Sequence record: ON637170.1
Reading direction: 5' to 3' (one strand)
Length of the DNA stretch: 32,000 bases
Origin: Klebsiella phage vB_KpnS_Uniso31
In this document: in pieces, positions 1-8,227 of the stretch
How the letters are laid out: every line of letters starts with the position of its first letter
Numbering within the stretch: position 1 is the first letter of the stretch
Translations under genes and position numbers: made by a program
The notes under the pieces: model-generated
What the model was told of the DNA's origin: nothing
The model's database searches: none
Seen by the model: the letters and a program-made list of their open reading frames with translations, nothing else

Positions 1-317
1 GCTGCGATTTTGCTGCTATCTTCCTAACCACGGATGAATCGATGAAAATCGCGGGCATTGAATGCGGTTCCCACGGTCACAACGGCATTAACGGCGCTCG
101 TGGCAATCCGAAAGCCTTTCGCAAGCTCGGCAAGATGAACACTGGCCATACGCATACGCCTAGCATTTATGGCGGCGTTTATACCGCTGGCGTCGCTGGT
201 TCCCTCGATATGGGCTACAACATTGGCGCGTCTAGCTGGTCACAGACTCATCTAATCACCTATGAAAACGGTCAACGTACCTTGATTGACTTTAAAGACG
301 GCGTTTTCTTTGCATAA
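1..317 (+). CDS. Metallophosphoesterase-like protein, C-terminal part (5' end outside window)
   Basis: Frame of the 42..317 ORF is open back to position 3 (CDFAAIFLTTDESMKIAGIECGSHGHNG...), so the ATG at 42 is internal. GSHGHNG and GHTHTP motifs resemble metal-binding motifs of calcineurin-like phosphoesterases. Confidence 0.6.
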   Translation, partial: CDFAAIFLTTDESMKIAGIECGSHGHNGINGARGNPKAFRKLGKMNTGHTHTPSIYGGVYTAGVAGSLDMGYNIGASSWSQTHLITYENGQRTLIDFKDGVFFA

Positions 318-321
318 CAAA

Positions 322-347
322 ATTGCCGGGGCAATTACCCCGGCAAT
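322..347. other. Intergenic perfect 10-bp hairpin ATTGCCGGGG-CAATTA-CCCCGGCAAT
   Basis: Exact inverted repeat 322-331 / 338-347. A U-tract follows only when read on the minus strand; the plus side continues AAATAAATAA. Confidence 0.6.
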
Positions 348-381
348 AAATAACCCATAAATAAATAAGCTGGAGAAACAA

Positions 382-834
382 ATGAAACTTACTTTCATCT
401 ATAACAATCGTAAATCTTTCACCGCGTCCAACGTCGTAGAAAATAGCCTTGTTATTTCCCGCGATAGCGAAGGGCGCCCGCATGTTAGCTACCAGAAAGT
501 TAACACGGTGGACGGCGACACCGTTTTAAAAGCTCTAGCCGCTATCCTCCCGCGCCCCGCTGATTTTAAAGAATCCGGCATTGTGTCGCAATTAGTCGCC
601 GCCGATTCTATTCTTTATGAGGCTGATATCTGCGAGATCGTAGAGATTGACGCCGCCGCCGCTGGCCTTATGTTTATCGTCGTAAGCGAAAATGATTATG
701 ATGATACTTATCTGTTAGGCGATGTAATGGATTATTCTTCTAGCGAATATACACCACCGCTGGCAATCCTCCCGGTAATGGCTACCCGGATTAAACCGGC
801 TGAATTAGCCGATGCCTTAACTTTATTCTTCTGA
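382..834 (+). CDS. Hypothetical protein, 150 aa
   Basis: Complete ORF, ATG preceded by GGAG (aagctGGAGaaacaa), co-directional with neighbours. Confidence 0.75.
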   Translation: MKLTFIYNNRKSFTASNVVENSLVISRDSEGRPHVSYQKVNTVDGDTVLKALAAILPRPADFKESGIVSQLVAADSILYEADICEIVEIDAAAAGLMFIVVSENDYDDTYLLGDVMDYSSSEYTPPLAILPVMATRIKPAELADALTLFF

Positions 835-907
835 TAATTAACAAAGCGAGTTATAATATAGCTCGCTTGATTAATTACCAACAACCCCGAAACCGGAGAA
901 ATGAAAA

Positions 908-1624
908 ATGGCTTTTAATAAACTGGCAATTAAGGCAATTAAGTTATGGGATTTAGACGGGACTGTTATTAATTCCTTTGCCCGTGTGTTCCCGTGTATG
1001 GATGATAAAGGGAACTTAGATTTAAACATGTACCGGGAAAAGGCTTGCGTACATGATGCAATTATGACCGACACTCTTTTACCTTTGGTTGAATATATGC
1101 GGGCATCGCTTAATGATCCCACTGTATTAAACATTATTGTTACCGCTCGCTATATGAGCAAAAGCGATTACTATTTCCTACGGAAACAACGTATCAGGGC
1201 GGGGCGCGGTGGTAATATCCAGATACTATCCCGCGATGTATTGCACCGATATATTGGCGATGCTGATTATAAAGAGGTGTACTATTCGAAAGATGGTATC
1301 TATAAAACGCATTATTTCGAAATGCTTAAAGCTGAATATCCGAACGCTACTATCACTATGATTGACGATAATAGAGGCGTGTTGGCTGCTGCTGCTGCTG
1401 CTGGCCTTCAAACGATGGACGCTACCGCAATTAACGATATTCTATCTATTGGTGTGCGCCTTGCTGGCGAGTCATTCATAGATGAAGCGCTGGATGATGA
1501 TAATGATTATCAATATCTTTGCGAGCGTTTAGCTCATTGCTGGGAAGGTATGACCGAAGAAGAAAGAAGCGACTACGGAATTAAGCCGCAACAATTCATT
1601 CAATCGTTAGCCATCGCATCATAA
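908..1624 (+). CDS. HAD-superfamily phosphatase-like protein
   Basis: N-terminal DLDGTV motif, IIVTAR motif II, and ITMIDD acidic motif in correct order; RBS-like cGGAGaa upstream. Confidence 0.75.
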   Translation: MAFNKLAIKAIKLWDLDGTVINSFARVFPCMDDKGNLDLNMYREKACVHDAIMTDTLLPLVEYMRASLNDPTVLNIIVTARYMSKSDYYFLRKQRIRAGRGGNIQILSRDVLHRYIGDADYKEVYYSKDGIYKTHYFEMLKAEYPNATITMIDDNRGVLAAAAAAGLQTMDATAINDILSIGVRLAGESFIDEALDDDNDYQYLCERLAHCWEGMTEEERSDYGIKPQQFIQSLAIAS

Positions 1625-1633
1625 GAAAGCTAA

Positions 1634-1663
1634 TAGTACCCTAGCGAAATAGTTAGGGTACTA
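1634..1663. other. Perfect 10-bp hairpin TAGTACCCTA-N10-TAGGGTACTA between convergent genes
   Basis: Exact inverted repeat 1634-1643 / 1654-1663 just downstream of the HAD gene stop; no U-tract on either side. Confidence 0.5.
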
Positions 1664-1768
1664 ATAGTTAGCTAGGGGGGTAATCGGACTACCATACCAC
1701 CCCCCGACCCTCTAAGCCCACCTCCATGTGTAACTTTAAGAAAATTGGAGAAAAGGCTAAAGGGAGTA

Positions 1769-2224
1769 CTAAAAGGAACATCCCGAGTCAAAACTGCTAC
1801 TGCCGCTGTCGCAGTAAGAACTTCCCGAGTCATACCCGCTATACGTGGCAACTGCCGCAGTTGTAGCTATGATTGCTGCTGTCGACCCGTCATCTCCCCG
1901 AGAACTTCCCGAGTTCGATGAAGGACTTCCCGAAACTTTTCGAGAACTTCCCGAGTTCCCCCGATTCTGTTTGCGTCTCGCTACCTGCGGTGTCACTGGA
2001 GGGATGTAGTATGGGTTGCTCGGGTCATTCCGAAGATCGTTCATGATTCGCTGGTGTTTCGAGATCGCTACTTGACGTTCCGCCCGAGTTTGAAGGATCT
2101 CTTGATGCAGACTTTTGTTGCGAAGATCTGCCGCTACTACCGCGTTCTGTAGGTCATGTGCTCGCACACCAAACCAAACTGCTGCCAGGAAAAAGAATGT
2201 TGTGAAAATTAATACAATAGTCAT
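1769..2224 (-). CDS. Small membrane-anchored protein with Ser/Gly/Asp-rich, Cys-containing C-terminal tail, 151 aa
   Basis: Minus-strand ORF; N-terminal hydrophobic segment MTIVLIFTTFFFLAAVWFGV, charged/helical middle, low-complexity tail (SGSSRGDDGS...SGYDSGSSYCDSGSSSFDSGCSF). Confidence 0.6.
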   Translation of the reverse strand: MTIVLIFTTFFFLAAVWFGVRAHDLQNAVVAADLRNKSLHQEILQTRAERQVAISKHQRIMNDLRNDPSNPYYIPPVTPQVARRKQNRGNSGSSRKVSGSPSSNSGSSRGDDGSTAAIIATTAAVATYSGYDSGSSYCDSGSSSFDSGCSF

Positions 2225-2227
2225 GTT

Positions 2228-2452
2228 TTACACCATACCCTTAGTAATGTAGATTTTGTTTGCTGATTCTAGTTCCGCTTTGCATTCAGACAGGTTTAAT
2301 TGTGCCTTATGCAGCAAACGGGTTTGATTGTCATAAGACTTCTGCAACACCCCGTTAGTGCGTTCTAGCCGTTTGATTATCTTACCTTGCTTTACGGTGA
2401 TGACAAATAGTACGATTGAGAGTAAAACAAGTGCTCCTATAACTACTTCCAT
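2228..2452 (-). CDS. Small single-TM protein with coiled-coil-like ectodomain, 74 aa
   Basis: Minus-strand ORF with strong SD (reverse complement ctAGGAGGaccactATG); hydrophobic N-terminus MEVVIGALVLLSIVLFVITV followed by charged helix; 3 nt upstream of the next minus-strand ORF. Confidence 0.7.
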   Translation of the reverse strand: MEVVIGALVLLSIVLFVITVKQGKIIKRLERTNGVLQKSYDNQTRLLHKAQLNLSECKAELESANKIYITKGMV

Positions 2453-2485
2453 AGTGGTCCTCCTAGATGGTTTTAAAAAATCTGG

Positions 2486-2514
2486 TTTACTTGGCGGTTG
2501 ATTTAATTTATAAT
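2486..2514 (+). promoter_or_regulatory. Predicted sigma70-type promoter for the pb5-like gene: TTTACT-N17-TATAAT
   Basis: -35 at 2486-2491, -10 TATAAT at 2509-2514, 17-nt spacer; upstream A/T element TTTAAAAAATC at 2472-2482. Confidence 0.6.
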
Positions 2515-2532
2515 AATATTATATTATAAAAG

Positions 2533-2550
2533 TCACTTGTTAGCAAGTGA
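2533..2550 (+). promoter_or_regulatory. Leader hairpin TCACTTG-TTAG-CAAGTGA just upstream of the RBS
   Basis: 7-bp perfect stem with 4-nt loop; RBS GAGG at 2557-2560 and ATG at 2566. Confidence 0.45.
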
Positions 2551-2565
2551 GATTTTGAGGTTTTT

Positions 2566-4542
2566 ATGGGCTTTTATGCAGGAAGGATAGGCGACAAAAA
2601 AGTGCTGTCTCTTACCTCTGGCAACAATAAAGACGTCAATAACCACACTAATCCAGGTTGGGATACTATATTCCATAGCGATATGCCTCACGTTGTAGTT
2701 TTAGAAACTCACGAGAGAGACCTCTGGGATGGTGGTGATTGGTATCGTTGTACTAGAATGCCAGATAGGATTATTCAGGTACTGTCCGCAGATTACGACA
2801 GAGTAGTATTGACTGAGGTAGAATTTGAAGACGGCACTCGTAGATTTATCTACGGTACTTCTCTAGGTGTTGGCGCTAAAGCGTATAACGCTTACTTCAG
2901 TAATACTGTTGGTTCCCAGGTTTCTGCAGGCACTATGGCTAGTATGAAGACTAACGTTTGTGCTTCTGCAGACTTACACATGGATATTAGTTTCTATTTC
3001 GAAGAGACGCCAGGTACTATTAACGAGAAGCTACGAGATGGTACTGGGTGTATGTACACCTGGGGCGTTAACTCAGAATGGGGTGACAGAGGTCCTGGGC
3101 CGCCGGTTGGAGCTCCTATACCCCCTAACTTCCAAACAATTATTAAAGCTGGATGGGTGCTCTATAGGGGGGCTTTTAGTGGCAATATAGCCGGTTCTGT
3201 GTCTCCGCCCAATAGACCACTTACTATTGGTGTTGATGCTATGCGCCACCCATGGATGCGTACCACAGGAGTTAATAGTATATGTTTGCGTGGTGAGACT
3301 CTCAACCGTAATATGTACGGACATATGGGACCTAGATATGGACAGAGCTCCAATCCAGTCGGTGGTCCTTATGCTCACAACATCCAGACTGAGTCTTATC
3401 AGGAGATTCAGTACAAAGCAGGTTTTTTCCGTGGTCCGCCCAATAACTTTATGGGGTGGGAGAACACAGATAACAACAATGCTGGTAGTGGTTGGGGTAA
3501 CAACGCCATTTACCGTGACAATAACTTCCGTGTTCCTAAACGTGTTCGCTGGTATATTACTAATATGAAATACAATGGGCAGGGGTTCTACGCAGAGAAC
3601 GTATTTGGCTCCCGCAACCAAGAGATTAAAATCAGCCCTAGAGAGTTCATTGTAAACGGTATAAACCTAATGAACACTGGGTGGAAGTTCATAAACCAGA
3701 ACGATATAAACTACAGCCCAGGTAATAGGCCGGATATCCGAGTTATTGCGACCAATGTTGCTAGATTTAGTGGCAACCCTACTGTTGGTAATAATGGATA
3801 TGCTCACTTTAATCAGCCTCTAACTAGACCAGATAATGGTGCGGAATTTGGGCAAGGTAACATAAGTGAGATGCATGTAACCACTGTAGGAGTTTACAAT
3901 TTTAGATCTGATGCGCAGTGGTATGTAAAATCTAACCCACCGGAAATCGGGAACCAGTGGGGTCCAGTATGGTCCGAAGCAACTCGACCTCTTCGCCTAG
4001 TGGGCGGTACCGGCTCTGCTGATATTGGAGGGAACCTACGTACTAGCGGTAATGCTAGTCACCACCTGGCTACCTTGTGGTTAGGGGTTAATAACTCCCG
4101 AAATGGGGCTTGCGTCGTCACTCTAGACTGGAAAAACGATGAGTGGATTGCTGCTGCAGGGATTGGATGTTATAACCCTCTAGAAGATCTTACCCAGTGG
4201 AGCGAGGTAGATAGTAGGCTGAGAATTTTCGGAAATCACTTCCAGAAACGTGTGCATCAAATCATGTGTCTTCCAGTTAACATGTGTGTGCCGTTCCACT
4301 TTATACGCGGGACCGTAACCCAGTGTGGGGTTATTCCTGGGAACAACGCCATGCAAATGAAGGCTATGTGGGCACCTACTACTACCAACTCTGCCACTCA
4401 GGGCGATTATGCCATTATCTATTGGCTGATAGCTAGGGCTGACGGTAGTGTTGAGGTTTGGGTTAACGTTGAGATGAGCAATATTATGAACATGCGCGTG
4501 ATTCTTCCTGAGGTTAGGATTGCTGTGCAAAGGCTTGCCTAA
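2566..4542 (+). CDS. oad: Receptor-binding tail-tip protein, T5 pb5 (Oad)-like, 658 aa
   Basis: Strong resemblance to remembered T5 pb5: N-terminus (MxFxAGxxxxKxxLSL...HxNPxxxTIFHSDMxHVxxxETH), GVGAKAY, LRDGTGC, SPREFIxxGxNxxNTxWKFIN, YNF...WYVxSNPPxIGN, SRNGA, Ax[14 protein letters not shown], IxxQRL. Lies immediately before the terminase genes as in T5. Confidence 0.88.
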   Translation: MGFYAGRIGDKKVLSLTSGNNKDVNNHTNPGWDTIFHSDMPHVVVLETHERDLWDGGDWYRCTRMPDRIIQVLSADYDRVVLTEVEFEDGTRRFIYGTSLGVGAKAYNAYFSNTVGSQVSAGTMASMKTNVCASADLHMDISFYFEETPGTINEKLRDGTGCMYTWGVNSEWGDRGPGPPVGAPIPPNFQTIIKAGWVLYRGAFSGNIAGSVSPPNRPLTIGVDAMRHPWMRTTGVNSICLRGETLNRNMYGHMGPRYGQSSNPVGGPYAHNIQTESYQEIQYKAGFFRGPPNNFMGWENTDNNNAGSGWGNNAIYRDNNFRVPKRVRWYITNMKYNGQGFYAENVFGSRNQEIKISPREFIVNGINLMNTGWKFINQNDINYSPGNRPDIRVIATNVARFSGNPTVGNNGYAHFNQPLTRPDNGAEFGQGNISEMHVTTVGVYNFRSDAQWYVKSNPPEIGNQWGPVWSEATRPLRLVGGTGSADIGGNLRTSGNASHHLATLWLGVNNSRNGACVVTLDWKNDEWIAAAGIGCYNPLEDLTQWSEVDSRLRIFGNHFQKRVHQIMCLPVNMCVPFHFIRGTVTQCGVIPGNNAMQMKAMWAPTTTNSATQGDYAIIYWLIARADGSVEVWVNVEMSNIMNMRVILPEVRIAVQRLA

Positions 4543-4552
4543 GGGAGGCAAT

Positions 4553-5026
4553 ATGAGCAATGATTTAATTGTACCAGATGCAATGTCTCCGGAAGGCATG
4601 CTAGTTATTGAAGCCTACCTGGAGTCTGGCAGCGACGTTGCGAAAGCAGCGTTAGCTGTTGGCATGGAAGAGCCTAAATTCCGTGAGATTATGCGTAAAC
4701 CTGAGGTCAAAGCGTACCTTACGGATATCTTCATGGAATCTGGCTTCCGTAACCGTGATAAGTTCTTCGGCATTCTAGACACTGTTCTAACCATGAAGAT
4801 GGAGGAGCTGGACGAAACTGGAATGGGTTCCGAGATGGATATTATGGATATCCTCAAACTCATGCATAAGATGAAGATGGATGAGATGAAGATGCAGATA
4901 GAGTATGAGAAGGTGAAGCAGGCTAAAGCTCCCGTACACCAGACTAACACTCAGATCAACTTGGCAGGTGGTCACGACTCTAATTATACGGACCTCCTGT
5001 CACGCATTGTGGGGGCCGGTAAATAA
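4553..5026 (+). CDS. terS: Terminase small subunit-like, 157 aa
   Basis: ATG at 4553 preceded by AAGGGAGG; the track start at 4520 is a TTG overlapping the previous gene. Directly upstream of TerL (TAATG overlap) and contains a TerS-like DNA-binding region ([31 protein letters not shown]). Confidence 0.78.
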   Translation: MSNDLIVPDAMSPEGMLVIEAYLESGSDVAKAALAVGMEEPKFREIMRKPEVKAYLTDIFMESGFRNRDKFFGILDTVLTMKMEELDETGMGSEMDIMDILKLMHKMKMDEMKMQIEYEKVKQAKAPVHQTNTQINLAGGHDSNYTDLLSRIVGAGK

Positions 5027-6342
5027 TGGAAATCTCACGTAGTTATATTAATACGACTGACGTGGTAGATTTTGGTGTTGATAAACGATTCTTTAAATTC
5101 CCGGTGTCCGGCTTGCTGGCCACCGAGGGCATCACCCCAAATGGTCCGCAGTGCGCAATCATAAACGCACTGGAAGACCCACGTCACCGTTTCATTACAG
5201 CATGCGTATCCCGTCGTGTTGGCAAGTCGTTCATTGCGTATACTCTAGGCTTCCTTAAACTCCTAGAGCCGAACGTTAAGGTGCTCGTAGTAGCTCCGAA
5301 CTACTCCCTGGCAAACATCGGGTGGGCGCAGATCAAAGGTCTGATTAAGAAATATGGCCTTCAAACTGAGCGTGAGAACGCCAAAGATAAAGAAATTGAA
5401 CTTGCTAACGGTTCGCTCTTTAAGCTGGCTTCTGCCGCACAGGCTGACTCCGCGGTTGGTCGTTCATACGACTTTATTATCTTTGACGAAGCAGCAATCT
5501 CCGACGTTGGTGGTGATGCTTTTGATATCCAGCTCCGTCCTACACTGGACAAGCCTAATTCTAAAGCCTTGTTTATTTCTACTCCTCGTGGTGGTAACTG
5601 GTTCAAACGCTTTTATGAGCAGGGGTTCCGAGAAGATCTTCCGCAGTGGGTATCAATCCACGGTACATACCGAGATAACCCTCGCGTATCTCTTGCAGAT
5701 ATCGAGGAAGCACGCAAGACTGTATCTAAGAATTATTTCAAACAGGAATATGAAGCTGACTTCTCCGTATTCGAAGGTCAGATCTACGATACCTTTAGCG
5801 TTTCCGAGCACGTACAGGATCTAGCAGGTATGGGACATTTCTTTGCCGCAGACCACGAGTTCGAAACCATTCTAGGTATCGACGTTGGTTATAGAGACCC
5901 GACAGCAGTACTGACTATTAAGTACCACTATGATCAGGACGTGTACTATATCCTTGAGGAATATCAGCAGGCAGAGAAGACTACAGCACAGCATGCCATG
6001 TATATACAGCACTGTATAGACCGGTATAATGTAGACCGTATCTTCGTTGACTCCGCGGCTGCACAGTTCCGGCAGGATTTGGCATACGAGCACGAGATAT
6101 CTTCTGCCCCAGCCAAGAAATCTGTTCTAGATGGTCTAGCATGCCTAGCTGCTCTATTCCAGCAGGGTAAGATCATTGTCGACGCCTCGTGTACTGCGCT
6201 AATTCACGCACTCCAGAACTACAAGTGGGACTTCCAGGAAGGGGAGGAGAAGCTCTCCAGAGAGAAACCTCGTCATGATGCCAACTCTCACTTATGTGAC
6301 GCACTGCGTTACGGCATCTACTCGATTTCCCGTGGCAAATAA
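5026..6342 (+). CDS. terL: Terminase large subunit (ATPase/nuclease), 438 aa
   Basis: Walker A-like CVSRRVGKS, Walker B FIIFDEAA, coupling-like FISTPRG, nuclease motifs (GIDVGYRDP, FVDSA, HDANSHLCDALRY). Confidence 0.95.
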   Translation: MEISRSYINTTDVVDFGVDKRFFKFPVSGLLATEGITPNGPQCAIINALEDPRHRFITACVSRRVGKSFIAYTLGFLKLLEPNVKVLVVAPNYSLANIGWAQIKGLIKKYGLQTERENAKDKEIELANGSLFKLASAAQADSAVGRSYDFIIFDEAAISDVGGDAFDIQLRPTLDKPNSKALFISTPRGGNWFKRFYEQGFREDLPQWVSIHGTYRDNPRVSLADIEEARKTVSKNYFKQEYEADFSVFEGQIYDTFSVSEHVQDLAGMGHFFAADHEFETILGIDVGYRDPTAVLTIKYHYDQDVYYILEEYQQAEKTTAQHAMYIQHCIDRYNVDRIFVDSAAAQFRQDLAYEHEISSAPAKKSVLDGLACLAALFQQGKIIVDASCTALIHALQNYKWDFQEGEEKLSREKPRHDANSHLCDALRYGIYSISRGK

Positions 6343-6348
6343 GAGCTG

Positions 6349-6389
6349 AGTTGGAACGGATAGTAGTGAGTACAAATTCCGTTCCAACT
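6349..6389 (+). terminator. 12-bp perfect stem after terL, candidate terminator or processing site
   Basis: AGTTGGAACGGA (6349-6360) / TCCGTTCCAACT (6378-6389), 17-nt loop, followed only by a short U-poor TTATAAAA. Confidence 0.5.
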
Positions 6390-6402
6390 TTATAAAATTC
6401 AC

Positions 6403-6431
6403 TTTACAATTTCGTGTGTGGCAGTTATAAT
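6403..6431 (+). promoter_or_regulatory. Predicted promoter TTTACA-N17-TATAAT
   Basis: -35 6403-6408, -10 6426-6431, exact 17-nt spacer; upstream element TTTATAAAATT 6389-6399. Confidence 0.75.
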
Positions 6432-6533
6432 ATATTCATACCTTGAGAGATCTCATAGACATCAGGGTGAATGAGAGGAATATTTAATTGCTGTACCCGA
6501 AGTAGTATTTTCCCAACTAAGAGGAGAAACACT

Positions 6534-7016
6534 TTGGCTTCCAATGTAAAATATAAGAGAGATGCAATCTCCATAATGCGTGATGGAATCAAAGCCCAGT
6601 ACAAAAGAGGCAACCGTTGCGCCATTTGTGACTCACAGGAAAACCTGGAGCTACACCACTACTCGACTGTGGCCTTACTAGTTAAAAACTTTGCTAAAGA
6701 ATTCCAACTGGATTTCACTGACTCAGAAGTCGTCCTAAGTAATCGGGATAAGTTCTATAAACATTATTGGCATGAGCTGGTAGAGGACACGGTCACCTTA
6801 TGTGTCTTTCATCATCAGACCCTACACAAGGTCTATACGAAAGAACCACCGTTGTTTTCGGCTAACAAACAGAAGATTTGGGTTGAGAAACAACGTGAAA
6901 GATGTATGAATCCAGAAGCACCTCGTACAAGCAACACTGGCGAAAGATCAGGCTTTGCGAAGTGGCTTCCGACTGACGTCAAGACTGAGAAATCAGGATT
7001 CGCAAGGTTCCTATAA
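6534..7016 (+). CDS. HNH endonuclease-like protein, 160 aa (TTG start)
   Basis: CxxC...LELHH...LCVFHHQTLH pattern. The TTG at 6534 has an excellent SD (aaGAGGAGaaacacTTG); the track's ATG at 6471 has no good SD. Stop overlaps the portal start. Confidence 0.75.
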   Translation: MASNVKYKRDAISIMRDGIKAQYKRGNRCAICDSQENLELHHYSTVALLVKNFAKEFQLDFTDSEVVLSNRDKFYKHYWHELVEDTVTLCVFHHQTLHKVYTKEPPLFSANKQKIWVEKQRERCMNPEAPRTSNTGERSGFAKWLPTDVKTEKSGFARFL

Positions 7017-8227
7017 TGGCTATTCGTGACTGGTTAGTTACTAAACTAAACCGCGGACAACGCATAATCAGGGACTTGGAGGATGTTAGTCACCGTACTA
7101 ACGTCAAGCCATTCACGACTGGCAAAGCCTATTCGTCTATTGAGATCCTTAATAGATCCGCGAACATGGTAATTGACAGCGCCGCTGAGTGCTCCTACAC
7201 CGTAGGTGAACAGTATAAAACAATAACAACCTATGGCACGATCAGGAGTAAAACTCTTGAGACGCTGCTTAATGTTCGCCCTAACCCGTACATGGATTCC
7301 AGTACTTTTAGACGCCTAATAGTGTCTGACCTTCTATTCGAAGGGTGTGCGTATATCCATTGGGACGGTTCGTCTCTGTACCATCTGCCTGCTGCCCTAA
7401 TGGAAGTGAAAGCAGATGACAAAAAATTCGTTAACAAATTTGTCTTTAATAATATGATCGACTATCGCGTGGATGAGATTATCTTCATCAAAGATAATGG
7501 CCAGAATGGTGGTATTAATTCCCAAATCACAGGTCAATCTCGCGTAGCTACCGTAATCAACTCGCTTACTAAGCGTGAGAAAATGCTTGAGTTCAAGGAG
7601 AAATTCCTGGACAACGGCACGGTTATCGGTCTTATCCTAGAAACAGATGAAATCCTAAATAAAAAGCTCCGTGAACGTAAACAAGAAGAGCTTCAGCTGG
7701 ACTATAACCCTAGTACCGGCCAATCAACTGTGCTCATTCTAGACGGCGGGATGAAGGCTAAGCCGTACTCCCAAATCTCCTCCTTTAAAGATCTCGATTT
7801 CGAGAACGATATCGCTCGTTTTAATAAAGACGTATGTATCGCTCTGGGGGTCCCGCAGCTATTGATCGATGGAGGTAACAACGCCAATATTCGACCGAAC
7901 ATTGAGCTGTTCTACTACATGACTATTGTGCCTATGCTCAATAAAGTATGTAGCTCTCTTACGTTCTTCTTCGGTTTTAAAGTAACGCCCAATACTAAAG
8001 ACGTAGTAGCACTAACTCCAGACAAGGAGAAAGAGGCTAAATTCGTAACTGCACTGGTCAACAACGGTATCCTTACCGGTAACGAAGGTCGTATAGAGCT
8101 TGGTTACGAGGAGCTGGCTGACGAGCAGATGAAGAAAATTCGCATCCCTGCCAACGTAGCTGGATCAGCTACCGGAGTAAGTGGACAAGAAGGTGGCGCT
8201 CCCAATAAAGACGAGGAAAAACAATGA
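7016..8227 (+). CDS. Portal protein, T5 pb7-like, 403 aa
   Basis: HK97-type portal features (LLNVRPNPYMDSSTFRRLIVSDLLFEGCAYI..., FNKDVCIALGVPQLLIDGGNNANI); position between TerL/HNH and the head genes. Confidence 0.9.
   Translation: MAIRDWLVTKLNRGQRIIRDLEDVSHRTNVKPFTTGKAYSSIEILNRSANMVIDSAAECSYTVGEQYKTITTYGTIRSKTLETLLNVRPNPYMDSSTFRRLIVSDLLFEGCAYIHWDGSSLYHLPAALMEVKADDKKFVNKFVFNNMIDYRVDEIIFIKDNGQNGGINSQITGQSRVATVINSLTKREKMLEFKEKFLDNGTVIGLILETDEILNKKLRERKQEELQLDYNPSTGQSTVLILDGGMKAKPYSQISSFKDLDFENDIARFNKDVCIALGVPQLLIDGGNNANIRPNIELFYYMTIVPMLNKVCSSLTFFFGFKVTPNTKDVVALTPDKEKEAKFVTALVNNGILTGNEGRIELGYEELADEQMKKIRIPANVAGSATGVSGQEGGAPNKDEEKQ

Noticed and set aside
844-868. AAGCGAG...CTCGCTT hairpin containing TATAAT (852-857) before the HAD gene as a promoter
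   Set aside because: No acceptable -35 at 16-18 nt and the upstream A/T element is absent; kept only as a weak possible hairpin.
3073-3621. 182-aa minus-strand ORF (and overlapping plus ORFs 2960..3190, 3227..3568) inside the receptor-binding gene
   Set aside because: Overlap a well supported pb5-like coding sequence; no RBS or family signature.
4180-4599. 139-aa minus-strand ORF across the end of the pb5-like gene
   Set aside because: Antisense to two supported genes and spans their junction; no independent support.
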